A program made the translations under genes and the position numbers. Of a DNA stretch of 64,000 nt, positions 22,965 through 36,202 are shown piece by piece. The stretch's first letter is position 1; the number at the start of each line of letters is the position of its first letter. The notes under the pieces were generated by a model. That model saw nothing but the letters and a program-made list of their open reading frames with translations, had not been told where the DNA came from and did no database searches. The DNA comes from Antedon mediterranea (lineage: Eukaryota; Animalia; Echinodermata), in NCBI RefSeq assembly GCF_964355755.1, contig NC_092674.1, positions 14,756,001-14,820,000 on the forward strand. The letters run 5' to 3'.

Positions 22965-23425
22965 TCTCCCAACAAGAAGAAATATACCTAAAACTATCAC
23001 TTCCATATATGATCCATTTGGGTTTGTAGCACCTGTGTTGTAGTAAAAAATTATTATCCAGAGAGAATCTCGACTGGGATGATCCATTGAGTGATGATTT
23101 AACTTAGAGATGGAGAAATTGGTGTTCAGATGTCATTCATTTAAGTCAACGTAGGCTACAATGAACAAGTAAGGTTGTTGATACTTTGATCAAATTGCAT
23201 ATAAACTACACTACAAACTTGGTATACCATCTTACAATTTTTTGCTGATTAATTGGAGGACAAAATGTCATCAACTAGACCGAGAAGTAAGAACGTCAAA
23301 AGTAAGCGATAATAATCTGCCTACTAATAACCCAGAGCCCAGTGACCTCGAAAATACCCACTCGTGCAAGTCAGCTTCGCCGTTAAAAGGGACCGAGCTT
23401 GAAGGGCCTATCCAACAATTACTGG
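22965..23425 (+). mobile_element. BEL/Pao LTR retrotransposon pol fragment
   Basis: PTRRNIPKTITSIYDPFGFVAPV...LDWDDPLSDD...WRNW; possible integrase end (EGPIQQL). Confidence 0.75.
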
Positions 23426-23429
23426 CTGA

Positions 23430-25660
23430 TGACGTGATGCAACAAAAAGATGAAATGAGGCACATGTCCACAGATTTACAACTATTACTGTCCCATAAAG
23501 TGCCCATCAGATTGCCAGTAGGCGACATGTTGTCCCTCAAAACAAACCTTGGCTTAACCGAGAACTTAAACAGTCAAGTTAAAAACTGATAAAATAAACA
23601 TATTTTATGTGTAATGTTATTTAACATCAGCATTATTTGAGGATTTCGACTTACCAATTTCTTACAAGAATAATGAAAAGCGAAAACAGAATGTTAATTT
23701 GTATATAAAAATATTTGTTGATGGATTCAATTCAAATGTACTACAAATGGAGAGAGGCATTATATACCAATAGATAAAAGTTTTGGTCCCTCTCCATCTT
23801 TTTTTTTTCTTCTTTGTAATGTATTATACCATATGAACAATTGTCTGAAATAAAAGTTGAAATGAATAAACATTCAAAACCAATGCATTTAGTTTTGAGT
23901 ATTCTTAAGATTATAAAGATTGTGTTTGTTTCATTTCTAGATGGCTCCACAAATATGGTGTGAGTTCAGAGTGGGAACACACAATGAGAGTACAAGTGGA
24001 CATCATTCAAAACAATATCCTAGCTGAAATCTTGCCATTAGTAACAACAGATAAGGCAACTGGCAACAAAGTAAAAATCACCTAAATGAATTTGACAAGT
24101 ACTATTAAAGGTACAGGTATTATAAAACAAATGAAAAAAAATGTAACAAAATACTACAATTATATACTGTAATATTATTTTCCAGGTTGAACATGTTAAC
24201 ATGGCATGGAAAATTGATTCCCGATAATGAAATGTGGCCCACCCAAATTCCTTCCAAAACACAATAATTATTAGTGTAGCTTGATAAACCTAAATACAGG
24301 CCTCACGATGATGATTCCGCAGATATCTCAGCTATCTGAAATGAAGTGGAGGTAATTAATACATTTTAATTTTTTTTTTATTAACAATTGTTGTGACCCA
24401 TAATTGTGAGTTACTTTTAAATTAATTAAGCATATCAAAATTCCCCTATTATAATATATTTTGATCTAGAGGAAAACAGATAAAGCTATTTGCCTTTGGT
24501 GATTATGAGTATTTGTGTTGGATGTATGGCATAACAGGAGCATCAGGTAAGCCTAAATTTGCAATAGGTCTGGCCTTCATATAAGCTTAGGCTTATATCT
24601 TAAACATTTTAAAAGCTTTAAAGCTATGTTCCAGGGCCTTGATTTTCACATGGCGATTGGCTTATCTGATAAAAAAGATATTACAACACCCTTGAAAAAG
24701 AACTTCACTGAAGTTATTCGGAGTTGGAGGCTGGTTAGACACAATGAAGAGATTTCTGAAGAACTACAACATTCAGTAGATTCATTATAGGATTATCTTT
24801 CGGCATTTTTTATGTTAAATGAAAACACCAATAACCTCTCTGATTTGATAGAAGAAATTCTAGCAAAGAAGAATGAGATACAAGTTCAAGAAAGTAGATA
24901 AATTAATTTAGTTATCTTAACATACTAAAATGGTGGTGTTTGATAAATTATGTATGAAAATGTAATGTAATGTTTCAATTTTTTTTTGTCTTGAAAGAGA
25001 TAAAATGCAATCCTGGACAGGGCTCACTTTGCAGAATCCTGGATAAAACATTATATTATAAATTTAATTTATGCCAATGATGGGCAGTCGTGTGCATATT
25101 GTGTTGTGAATGTATAGGTAATAAATCTTTAACTTTATTTTACATGAATTATTCTATACCCTTTCAATTGTTTTATTACAGCAAAAACTTGCTCGTGACC
25201 TTTCGAAGGACATCAAGCTCAAAGCTGGACAGGGCCCACTATGTGGAAGTTTGAATGACACATTGAAGAAATTTAATGTATACTGTCAAGCATACCATGG
25301 TCAATCAATTGTTGGCAATCATTTGCATAAGTGTTGCAAGGTAAACAAATCTTTAACCTCTTTTTCCCTATTACTGTACTGTATATATTAAAATGATATA
25401 ATGTTGCCTTCCAGTACTAAAAGTACTTTCCAATAATTTTTAAATGAAAACATCGATAATCTCAACACCCAAAGATGCATCTTTTGAAGGCTCATGTGGT
25501 GGAGTGGATCAGAAGATGGGGTTTGGTATAGGCTTTCATGGAGAGAGCAAGGGGGCGAGGCAATGCATGCACAGCTCAATAGCATCAAGAAAGACGTCAG
25601 GGGAATACAAACAGAACTTGGAAAAGAAAAACCACCAAAATACAAGAGAAGCCTAACCAG
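23430..25660 (+). pseudogene. Intron-containing Chapaev/CMC-like (Transib/RAG-related fold) transposase remnant
   Basis: IKLFAFGDYEYLCWMYGITGASG (~24480), QAYHGQSIVGNHLHK (~25290), TPKMHLLKAHVVEWIRRWG and EQGGEAMHAQLN (~25470-25580). Confidence 0.6.
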
Positions 25661-25851
25661 TAGTTATTATAAATATAATAATTATAAATAATAGTGAAAA
25701 TGTAAAAAAAATGATAAAAATGTAATGTAACCGAGGATATGATGTGACCCATGAGATTAAAAAAAAGCAATTTGGATCGCTAAGAAGCAAGCAGTAAACA
25801 CACAGGAGTATTAAAAAAACATTTTGGAACGATGAGAAGCAAGCAGTAAAC

Positions 25852-27443
25852 TAGTCTGGGCTTCAGACGGAGTTTTTTCTTAAAGCCCCATTCCCTACGT
25901 TTTTTAGATCTAATTTAAGATCACAAACTATATTTAATGTAAAAATAATACTATATGGTCCTATTGCGATAACTTTTTTCGTCTTTAAATGGTTAAAAAT
26001 GTGAAAAATAAGTCGATTCTAATAATTATAGCGGCCCGCTATAAATCCCAAAATGCATTGCGCGCGGATTGATATTTTTGTTTTTCACCTGTAATTCGCC
26101 CACTTTTCGATCGATCGTGAGGCCAAAACAAATGAAAGACTCCTAACTTTTCAGCGAAAATACCGGGTTTTCCCCAATTTGTATCAACGGAGTCTGGCAA
26201 AAATAGAAAGACAATTAATGCAGCAACTATACAACGTCAGGCTAGGTATATAGCTCGCGTACGATGTTCGTACGTTACCGATGTTTACCAGCTAGGCCTA
26301 CAAAACTAAGCCTAGCTAGGCTAGGCCTAAGACCGTCCACGAGAGGTCGATCGCCGCGAGCTACTTAGGTAGTGCATTGTTTCTCACTTTTTATCATAAT
26401 TTACCATAAAACGTACATTTAAGACAAGAAATGACATGGTTTAATGTTTTTAAAGTGATATATATGTATTATTTTCCAAAAAACGTCCAAAATTGCAGGG
26501 AAGGGGTCTTTAATATTAGTAAAAATTTTAATATTTTTGCACATATGGCGTTTCATACGTGTATTACTTGAGTTTGGATACTCCGTCTGGGGAAACACGC
26601 AAAAGTCACGTGGTTTGACACCAAGAATTCTTGGTGCATAGATTATCCGGTTGACTAGTTTCAGCTGCATGCGATTGGCTACTCACTCGTGCACTGTTTT
26701 AATATTCATGTTTCAGAATTTCAAAGACTCAACAACTAAGAAGGTACGCATGCGCTATGTTACGTTTAGAAAATGTGTACTTGGGTACATTAATGAAAGT
26801 TTCTGAAGGCTAGAAATGATTTTATACAGTATGCCTAGTAGTAGTCTGGTAAACATTTGATGGGATTTTTCCCAAGAAAACTCGTCTTGCTTCTCCGCAA
26901 ATCAAACATTGAATGGATCATTTAATATTACGCGGAGATAATTTGATTTAATTCCCACCCAGACCCTGTCCTGTTCTGTGTAGTGGTGTAGCCCTGTCTG
27001 TTGTGTGTGAATCCTGTTGTGTGCCGGTGGTGGTATGTAGGCCTACCTTATTGGCGTTTTATTTGGCAGGTCATACGTGCGAGTTGAGTAGGACCTACGA
27101 AGGAGGTCTAGGCTAAGGACTAAACAATTAATAAACAAAACAACTTGGCAACACGATTTCATATTTCAACAGTCTCGATCGTACATTCAGCACTGTACGT
27201 ACTCGATCTTTTTCATTTTGAAACAAAACGATCATTGGTTGATTCGAAATCCATATTTACATACCGCCCGCCCCATATAGCCAAATACGGTATGATAACC
27301 TACGTCATTCTTATCGGATGTTTGCGGTCTGCAAATCGATTTCTATACGTGTTTCACAAGTCTGTATTTTCAGACAAAAATCGCAGTCGAAATAAAAACA
27401 AATAAATAAAAATAAAAATCAATACAGACTTGGGGCAAGTCTA
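25852..27443. mobile_element. Non-autonomous DNA element with TAG...CTA ends, inserted in a short tandem repeat
   Basis: Ends TAGTCTGGG...GGCAAGTCTA, flanked by direct repeat GCAGTAAAC (25843-25851 and 27444-27452). Confidence 0.7.
25884..26509. mobile_element. Kolobok-type MITE nested in the preceding element
   Basis: TTAA|AGCCCCATTCCCTAC ... GCAGGGAAGGGGTCT|TTAA. The right end recurs at 55323-55402. Confidence 0.75.
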
Positions 27444-28835
27444 GCAGTAAACACACAGGAGTATTAAAAGCAATTTGGAACCATGCTGGAAATTACCTCA
27501 CAACAAAATATAATAATTATAAGAAAACGAGATGGTACGCAACCGAAGCGAGCGTACCATCAAGGTCGTGCCCACAGATGGTTCTCAAATACATAATAAT
27601 TACATACCGACAAAAATTAAATTGCAAATATCATTTCAAATATTACTTACCTCATAGAAGCATTATTTACATCTTAGCTGAGCCATCAATGGGGTATTGT
27701 TTTATATTAGGAAATGTCATATTGTCTCCCAAACATGGCCAATCCTCCACGTTGAGGAGAGGGGGTGGAGGGTGGACAGACTCCCCTCACCTTTCCCGTA
27801 TGATCTCCCATCCCTATACCCCTCCCCGCTGGCACCACCAATGTTGTAACAGTATAATATAATATTAATAATAACAGTATAAATGTAAATGAACTGATTT
27901 ATTTATGCATTAAGCATAGGACTGCGTTTTATATATTAGATACTTAAGCATTTGTTTTGTGGGCATTTTCTAATTAAAATCACTTAAAATAATGTGTATA
28001 TAGTAGTTCAGATCTTCAAAACTGTACAGAAATATTTAAAGCATTGTAAAAACTGTTATAAAGTGGTAATTAGATCTATCATTTATGTTTTTTTGACCGT
28101 TTTTAGGCATTTTCGCCATTGGCGGCCATTTTGTTGAAAAAAACCTATTTCCCTTACTTGGATCTTTCTAGACTTTTAATATGTTCATCGTCTGATACTG
28201 ATAGTGAAAGTGTTGGTGTTTTTATATGCCAATCGACATAAAGACATCTGAAAACATCAACACTTCCAAAACACGACTAAACACCCATTTTTACACAGAG
28301 GCATTTCCTGCTTAACTTTGAACATTATTATGGATACTGGCACTATATAAATCTGATTGATTGATTGATTGATTCTGAATTATTGAATTTCAAGTTAATG
28401 TTGTCTAATGATAATACTGTACTATTTTTTTGTATTCACTCAGTGAGGTTTAGTATTTGCAAAACCTACCGATTAGTACCGATTGTTTGTTTCAGGGCAC
28501 GTTAAATTCATTCCTGTCATCTGGAACAATTTCTCAGCTACTTCGGAGTCCTAGTGCATCTAGACTGACTTGTTCTGTTATGACAAACATGTCAAGACAA
28601 GTATTAGACCAAACTAAGGTCAAGACAATACTTGGTGAGTTACAGAACCATTGGCTATTTTGTCTTAATCAACATGATTTCCGTATGGTGGTCACGACTT
28701 AAAGTTGTCCGCAACTTATTTTGACCTCCATCCGCACTTTTTGTGTTTTTCTTGTTTATTTTAATTTTCTTTTTGCAATTTGTAATTTTTATCTTTTATT
28801 TTAAAATGTGTGGTGAAACCAATAAAACAAACAAA

Positions 28836-29240
28836 CATGGAGTCTTACTTCATCGCTCTCAAAATCATTGGATGGAGCATACACCTGCATGCTGAGGAAA
28901 GTCCAAAACATCCCACTGTCCTCACACGCCACCAACAAGACACTATATGGCAACCTTCCCCGTCTTACGACCATCATTAAAAGACGTCGCGTGGGTCTGG
29001 CCGGTCATGTTATGAGAAGCTCTGAGCCAGCCTCAAGAGTTCTTCTTTGGGAACCAGAAGAGAAAAGGAAAGTGGGAAGACCTCAACTGACTTGGCTTGA
29101 CATTCTGTTGAAAGATACCAAACTAGACCTGAGTGAACTGAGAAAGAGCATGCTTGATAGAGATGTGTGGAGACAAATTATCATGGCAGCCCCTAAGAAT
29201 TAAGTCGTCGTGGAATGACATTAAGAAATAAGAAGAACAA
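28836..29240 (+). mobile_element. RTE-group LINE 3' end
   Basis: LDGAYTCMLRKV...LYGNLP...RRRVGLAGHVMR...LLWEP...GRPQLTW...DRDVWR, with a short AAG-rich tail. Confidence 0.8.
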
Positions 29241-29572
29241 TAATAAACAAACAAATAATATCATAAAGAAAATTTAACTTTGGGTCATTAATAAAATAAT
29301 CAGTTTTCAAGATCTACCGTTAATTTTAAATACAGTATACATCACCAGAAACAAAAAAAAGACCAATAATTATAAACCATATTATAGTGATTAAACAAAT
29401 CACCATCAAACAGCGTATTCAGAAACTACAAAAAATGACAATGACAAATGACAACAATTAGCCAATCAAAGTCGATGTTTCCAAATTACACGCCTCCAAA
29501 GCACAATCACTACACACATGCTGGTATCAAGTTATAAATCTACAATGATGTAATTATAATTACCACTGCCAA

Positions 29573-30507
29573 TGTGATATATTAGATTAAGAGTAGCGCC
29601 CTCTAGAGGTGGAGGAGAGCGGAACGCACATGGGTGACCGGAGAAAAAGATGTAAACCAGTATTGAGCTGAGTCAGGCTTGCATAGTTGTTTATTAAATA
29701 CTGATAGTTATACTTCACTTATAGTCATAAACATTATATTGTAACCTTCTGTAAGTAAACGACATATTGTTAATATTTGTACAGATCTCTAACTACCTTC
29801 GAAATTAGGCTGTGGATGATCCACGTTAGTTAGCCGTTGAACTATAATGGCGTGCCATAATATGAATAGATAATTATTACTTGATGGTAACAGAAAAGAG
29901 GTTATCTATGTTAATTGCAAACACTGTTTCGATTTGCGATCATCACGCAAGAGTAATAATCGTTGATATACGCAAGGCATTATTATGTGTAGTTACTATA
30001 CTTGCGCATTTAGACACAAGAGGGTATTTAGATTGGACTGTAGTATTAATAAGTTAAGATGTATCGTTGTGAAGGAGATGGACACATTCTCTGCCGTCAC
30101 GCTTGAACGGTTTTACTTATTGAGACTTGTCTCCGTTGAAAGCGTTAGTTTTACGGTGTTATTTTGTTTACATATTACTATTATAGTGTTAAAGTTTGAT
30201 ATAGATTGAAAGGATAGTAATAATTTTGACTGTTATAATTTAGTGGATAGAGTATGATTACTTTTATATGAATCATTTTAGCAGATACCTTATGTGCCGA
30301 CATAGCGTTTTGAGTAAATCATTTAATATACTGTGTATAACTATAACTTACTGTGTTTCATTCTAGGAGTGAACCAGCAAGTTGGGCATATTAGGTGGGC
30401 TGTTGTCACTGTCATTTAAATTCTGAATTGTTTGGATTTTCTTGAATTAAAGTGGAATAATAGCTCTCCCAGATATTTTTGTCTATGTGGTTTATTCAGT
30501 CTCCACA
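29573..30507 (+). mobile_element. Probable solo LTR
   Basis: TGTG...CACA termini, ATTAAA near the 3' end, LTR-like composition. No clean TSD (CCAA/CCAG). Confidence 0.45.
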
Positions 30508-30696
30508 CCAGCTGTAAATAAATAATATATATATACACATTGATTTCTCATGGACGACCCAACAATACCTCAGCAATTTTCGTTAATTGTTTATAAATAT
30601 TGTTTATATCTGTTTTATTTTAAAGTATCTTTGTTTAAATGTATGTATGTATGTAACCTTGGTTTGATCTGATTATGCAGCCCAAGCCAATTGTCT

Positions 30697-31335
30697 TCAT
30701 ACCCTTCATTCGACCATCAACTATGGCTGGTGCAACTTCGAGTAAATGCACATCTTGCAAATCATTAAACTGTTATTTAGTAGATCCATTTGAGCCCAGG
30801 AAAGTGAGGCAAGGCAATGGTATCAGGCAATTCCTAAAGAGAGCTATATAGTAATGAAAGAGGACAACACCACATTGTATCAATGTTTCATCAATGATTT
30901 CAATCGGATGGCGATATCAACAAAAATCAGAGCGATACCAACTGATACGTTCTTTGCAATAAAAGACAGCATTGTGCTTGACCGCGTCAACAAAAAAGTG
31001 TCGTAAACGCCAAATACATACCCTTCATTCGACCATCAACTATGGCTGGTGCAACTTCGAGTAAATGCACATCTTGCAAATCATTAAACTGTTATTTAGT
31101 AGATCCATTTGAGCCCAGGAAAGTGAGGCAAGGCAATGGTATCAGGCAATTCCTAAAGAGCTATATAGTAATGAAAGAGGACAACACCACATTGTATCAA
31201 TGTTTCATCAATGATTTCAATCGGATGGCGATATCAACAAAAATCAGAGCGATACCAACTGATACGTTCTTTGCAATAAAAGACAGCATTGTGCTTGACC
31301 GCGTCAACAAAAAAGTGTCGTAAACGCCAAATACA
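30697..31335 (+). repeat. ~320-bp tandem duplication of exon 1 of the OB-fold gene
   Basis: 30697-31016 is nearly identical to 31017-31335. The first copy has a 2-bp insertion (AAAGAGAGC). Confidence 0.95.
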
Positions 31336-34300
31336 AAAGTGAAAAGTTCCTAGAACACCCCTGTATTATAATGGACCAGTCCCCAACCACGCCCTCATGT
31401 GGGAACGTACCAACGTTCCAACGTCATCATTTTCTTTCGTAACGTAAGAACGTTACAACGTATAGAGAAGGATACGCTAAGTGTTAGCCTTGTTGTACAT
31501 TGTACATGCTATACAATTTAGCCTACTCAAGCGATATAAAAATGCCGGTTGCAGTACCAGTGCTGGATATAGTTTTTTGAAAAGCTTTGGGTCCGTTTTA
31601 AATCAGGGTCTTCCTTATTTCTAGTAGAAATAAGGAAGATAAAATAAGGAAGATAAAAAGAGGAAGATACCAGTTGTTTATTGGATTTTAGGCCGCTGAA
31701 CGGCCACGCTACCAAACAACAAAGGCAAAGGAATTTGCATCGTCAGCCTGGACTGCCTCAGCTGAGGCGTGGACGCACTGTTGCGTGAAAGCTACAGTCA
31801 GGTTGTATTGTTCCTTATGTTTGCTAGGTTGCGTACTGTGTTCGCCGATATGCCAAAATCGGAATGTCTGCAATGCAGGGACCAGCGTGCAACAGTCAAG
31901 TTGGACTGCCACTTGCTGTGCATTCACTGCCACACCTGTAGTCAGGAGTCGCCGTGCGACATTGTGTCCACTGGACGGCTTCGCGGTTTCGGACGTTGTG
32001 CGCGGGTGGCAGACCCCGTACCGGCGAAGGTTTAGGAGGAGCCGCCGGCCCCGCTGATAGAAGCGCCGGAAGTCTTGCTGGACGCGCCTCCACCGCAGGG
32101 TAGTACGCAGGGCGAAGGTTTGGGACGTACTGGAGGCAATCGCAGCAGCGGTGCGAGGTCTACCGAGGGAGGCTGCGCTCTCGGCATCCTCGCTTAATTA
32201 TCCCCCTGTGCCAGTACTGCCTCCGCAGTACTTTCAAGGTCAAGGGACTGACCCAATCGCCGGATGCCGGTGGGTACGATAGTGACAAGACCATGACTTC
32301 ACTGCTTAGTGAAGATCGCTCCGACGCTGCACAGGGCGGAAACGGATTGCAAGCTCTTGTAAACCGTGTGGTTCCTGCTGTACTATCGTACATTGGAGTA
32401 GAGTACGCCTACGACGCTCCGATGCCCGCGCCGGCATCGAAGAGATACTCTACCTTTGGAGTGCGTGCTCCATTGAAGCGGGTTACGACTTGTCCAGTTG
32501 CGCCGCTGGATCCTGAAATTATTGCTAGGGCGAAGGAGCCTAAGACCCGTAGGGCTGCACCTCAAGATCTCGCAGCAGCCTTCCCGCTTCCGCAGGACCA
32601 ATTTCAACGCTACATATCGGCACCACCGATCCCGGATGCAGCGCAAGAACGTGCGTGCGAGGATCAAGGGCTCGACGCCAACGGTATGTTTCCGTCTCCT
32701 TCGGCCGCAAAAACTGAGGAGGCGCTAATCAAGGTCGATCGTGGCGCACGCAAGACGTTAAGAACGGTCTCGATTTTGGGCTACCTTATGTCGTTCCTCG
32801 CGGAACCTGACCATCCACAGCACCTTGACGCGGATGTGATCTGCTTGATTCAGCAGATTACGGGCCTGGTCCCGGACCAGCAAGCGACAATTGCATTGAC
32901 CTCGGCCGCCACGCGGAGGATCAGTTGCCTCCAGGCCACGGACATCGCGCCCGCGCACTACCGCCGCTTCACAACTAGCGAGTCGTTCGGTGCTGTAGAC
33001 CTCTACTACGGTAATTTCGCCGAGAACGAAGACAAGTGGGCTCGCGAGCGAGAGGCACGTCGCGAGACGAGATTGCGTTTTCCGAAACGCCATGCACTCG
33101 CGCCTACTATTTTGGTCCTTTTATTATCGACCTTTCACCCACAGTGTTCAATCTTCATAATATTTACAATCATTTAAAAATTCTAATTTATTTTTTTTGT
33201 TTGTAAATCCAAATAAGTATATAAAACATAAAAAGGGTCTGGATAACTCTCAAACGTTCAATATCTTGTCTTGTATGATATTTTCTATTTTGAATTTCTT
33301 TCAACTACAAGTTAACTTAAATCAATTAATTAATATACAATAATTGCATCAATCATTTTTTCTTTCATTTAGTTTTTCTTCAGAGGACCAAAATTCGAGT
33401 TACCTGAAGCTTTGATCTGGGAGTACAGACGTCCTCAAATAATTCCTATTGCAGATATTCCCACAAGCCCAACTAAAAAGAGGGTCTCTGTGCAAGGCAC
33501 GATAACAGAGGTATGTAAAATGATGATTAAGTTTTTATTTTACTACTTCAGTAATGTACTTAATATATTGCCTTATTCTCTAACTTGTATATTGGAATTA
33601 TTCGATGGAACATCATGTTTTATATACAAAACCAAGAGTACTGGAAAAATGGCAGTAATTTCTTTCTTTCTGTACTGATACCTGATTTAAAATACCAAAA
33701 AAATACATTTGCAAAAATACGGTACATTAAAATGACAGATTTCTAAAAAATAAACATTTTAATATACCACAGAGTTTATATTCTTCATAAATAAACAATT
33801 AATACCAGGTATACATAATCAAAAAGCTCGCCTAAATCAACCCAAATTTTAAAAGCCATTACAATATTCTGACTAACTTCTAACTATCTTCCTAATGTTA
33901 AAATCGAAATAAAAGGGTAATTACAACCAAACAAGTAATATTTCCCAAAACTTTTATTTGCCTTTACAATGTCTGCATAAATTAATTGAAATATAATAGG
34001 CCTAATAAACATTAACAAATACTCATTCAATTATAACATTAAATAACTATAACAATCTAAATTGATAGCTGAATCAATAATCATTTTACATTTCAACAAT
34101 ATATTTTAAATTATCTCATAAGAAAACAACATTAATGACAAAACAATTTCTTCAAAAAACCTTTTTCCTTTGTTTTAAACACTACATTTATTTCTTGTAT
34201 GCAATTTATGAACATGATCCATTGATTACATCAAATATTATTTTTTCACCTTAATGTCATGTTTTCTTTAATCAAATTAAGCAAATGTATCCAATTTTTT

Positions 34301-36008
34301 ATAAATCTATTTAATACAAAAAACTCAAATAATATTGTACTTTGTCTTTCCTGCATATTCAATTACTCCTACTCTATATTATTTTCATAGCTAACCAACA
34401 ACTACTAAACAAGTGTTTATTTTTTATTATACTTTCCTTACATTATTTAAATACTGATTACAGCCAATTCAAACCAGCAAATCTTTCAAGACAAAATATC
34501 AGCTCGATAAATGCTTCTATTCGTATTCCATATACAATCATGTGTTTCCTATATTTTTTAATACTTTTATAGGTAGAGGAAGTCCAAATTTGGGGGGACC
34601 GATAACAGACGCCTAAGAGCAATTCGACTTACGGATGATGCCAACAATGAAGTTGAACTTTACCCTATGGGGCCAACATGCAGATCTCGAACTGGTGCCA
34701 GATTTAAAAGTTGAGATAACTAGCGTTATCATAACCGAATATTAAACCAAGAAAATAGAATCGACAACATCAATGTCACTCAAGGTAGGCAAAAATGAAA
34801 TATACAACCTACAAACACAACATTTATTTATTTCCCTTCAAAAAATTGTTTTCAGTTGTCAACAACCATGCATGAAAATGCAATATTAATTTCTCTAATT
34901 TTCAATTCAAATGCAAAATATACAAATATTACACCAACACAAATTTATACAAACAAAAAAAAACCTCAACCAAATAGTCTTTGTTTTGATGTCATAAACA
35001 TCCAGATATGAATTAAATGTCCACCAACTGTCAATTAATAACAACTTTTGGTCCATATGATTATTTAATATTATTATTACAATCAATCATTGAAATATAT
35101 CAAATCTCTCATCTCACTTTAAAAATGCAAAACTTTACGTAAATATTGATGTTGACAAACTTACAAAATGTTCCAGTGTACACGTTTAAAATATACACAA
35201 AACACAACAATAACACAAGGAAAGAAAAATCCTTTTTTTCAAACAGATCGGAATATTTATCCACCAAATGGCAGATAACTAACAATTTGTAAACCCAAAA
35301 TGTGAATTAATTTATACAATATTTATTTATAGTACATCGAAGAAAAACGGGAAATTGTTGGCCAACTGACTGCAATTAAAAGTGAAGAGTAAGTATTTCA
35401 TTCAAAAATATTATAAGTACAACCTTCATTTTACGTACGGCCCGAAATGCGTGCATAAAACATGGAAATTCGTAAAATCCAGGTTAACCCCCTTTTAAAT
35501 TGACCCCCAAAGACTTAGAAATGATGACGTCATCAGTCATTTTAAGCATACGTTAAACATAGGCTCTACTATATTAAGCAAACTAATGTCCACATTACCA
35601 AACTGATTTGATTTACTATATTAGTTACAGCCCATTCTAATTTAGTAACTTTTTATACATGCTTTCCTACATACATACATGAAACACAATTCAGTTTTTT
35701 TGACAATTGTTAAAAAAAAACATCAAAATTGAATTTACAGAAACCTTCCTTTATATCCATCAAATGATCCATAATGTTCGTAAATATGTAATGTATTGTA
35801 TCATTTTATTTATAGATTTCTACGTCCATATGACCTGCTGGTCACCAGCGAGACAGAATATGTCATTACGGTCAACGATCTTTCGGAAATTGAGGGAAAC
35901 ATTCAAGAGCTGCCAATACCTGTTTATATCACGATGCGCAGCAATTGTGCTACAATTGAGTGTCTCAAAATGACCACATACAATGATGACACTGGAACCG
36001 AAATTTAA
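31042..36008 (+). pseudogene. Five-exon tandem OB-fold (RPA-like) protein pseudogene
   Basis: Exons ~31042-31337, 33373-33510, 34573-34784, 35333-35388, 35816-36008, with phase-compatible GT-AG borders. IPIADIPTSPTKKRVSVQGTITE|VEEV...RAIRLTDD...LWGQHAD is an OB-fold pattern. Confidence 0.65.
31336..33105 (+). mobile_element. DIRS-like tyrosine-recombinase retrotransposon, 5' part (gag-like ORF1)
   Basis: GC-rich island with Cys/His finger CLQC...DCHLLCIHCHTCSQESPCDI followed by ORF 32293-33105. The 5' sequence AAAGTGAAAAGTTCCTAGAACACCCC is shared with 50461. Confidence 0.7.
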
Positions 36009-36111
36009 AACAATTTTTAGATTTCACTCGAGTTAGTTACTGCTAGGCCTAACCTAGCAAACGAGGTGACGATAGCCTAAGGCCTAGGCCTATGTACAAT
36101 CTGTGTGGTGA

Positions 36112-36202
36112 GGCATTTATATTCGGTGTATAAGACGCACCCTTAATTTAGAGGTCAAATTTGCGTGTCAAAAGTGCGACTTATACACCGAAATATTTGG
36201 TA
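36112..36202. mobile_element. Miniature pogo/Tigger-like palindromic element
   Basis: TTCGGTGTATAAGACGCAC ... GTGCGACTTATACACCGAA...GGTA. Confidence 0.6.

Noticed and set aside
27529-27562. Hairpin GATGGTACGC...GCGTACCATC as a terminator or Helitron end
   Set aside because: No supporting CTRR end or partner terminus could be identified, and intrinsic terminators are irrelevant in this eukaryotic context.
32383-33093. Antisense and overlapping ORFs in the DIRS-like island
   Set aside because: Expected by chance in GC-rich coding DNA, with no recognisable motifs.
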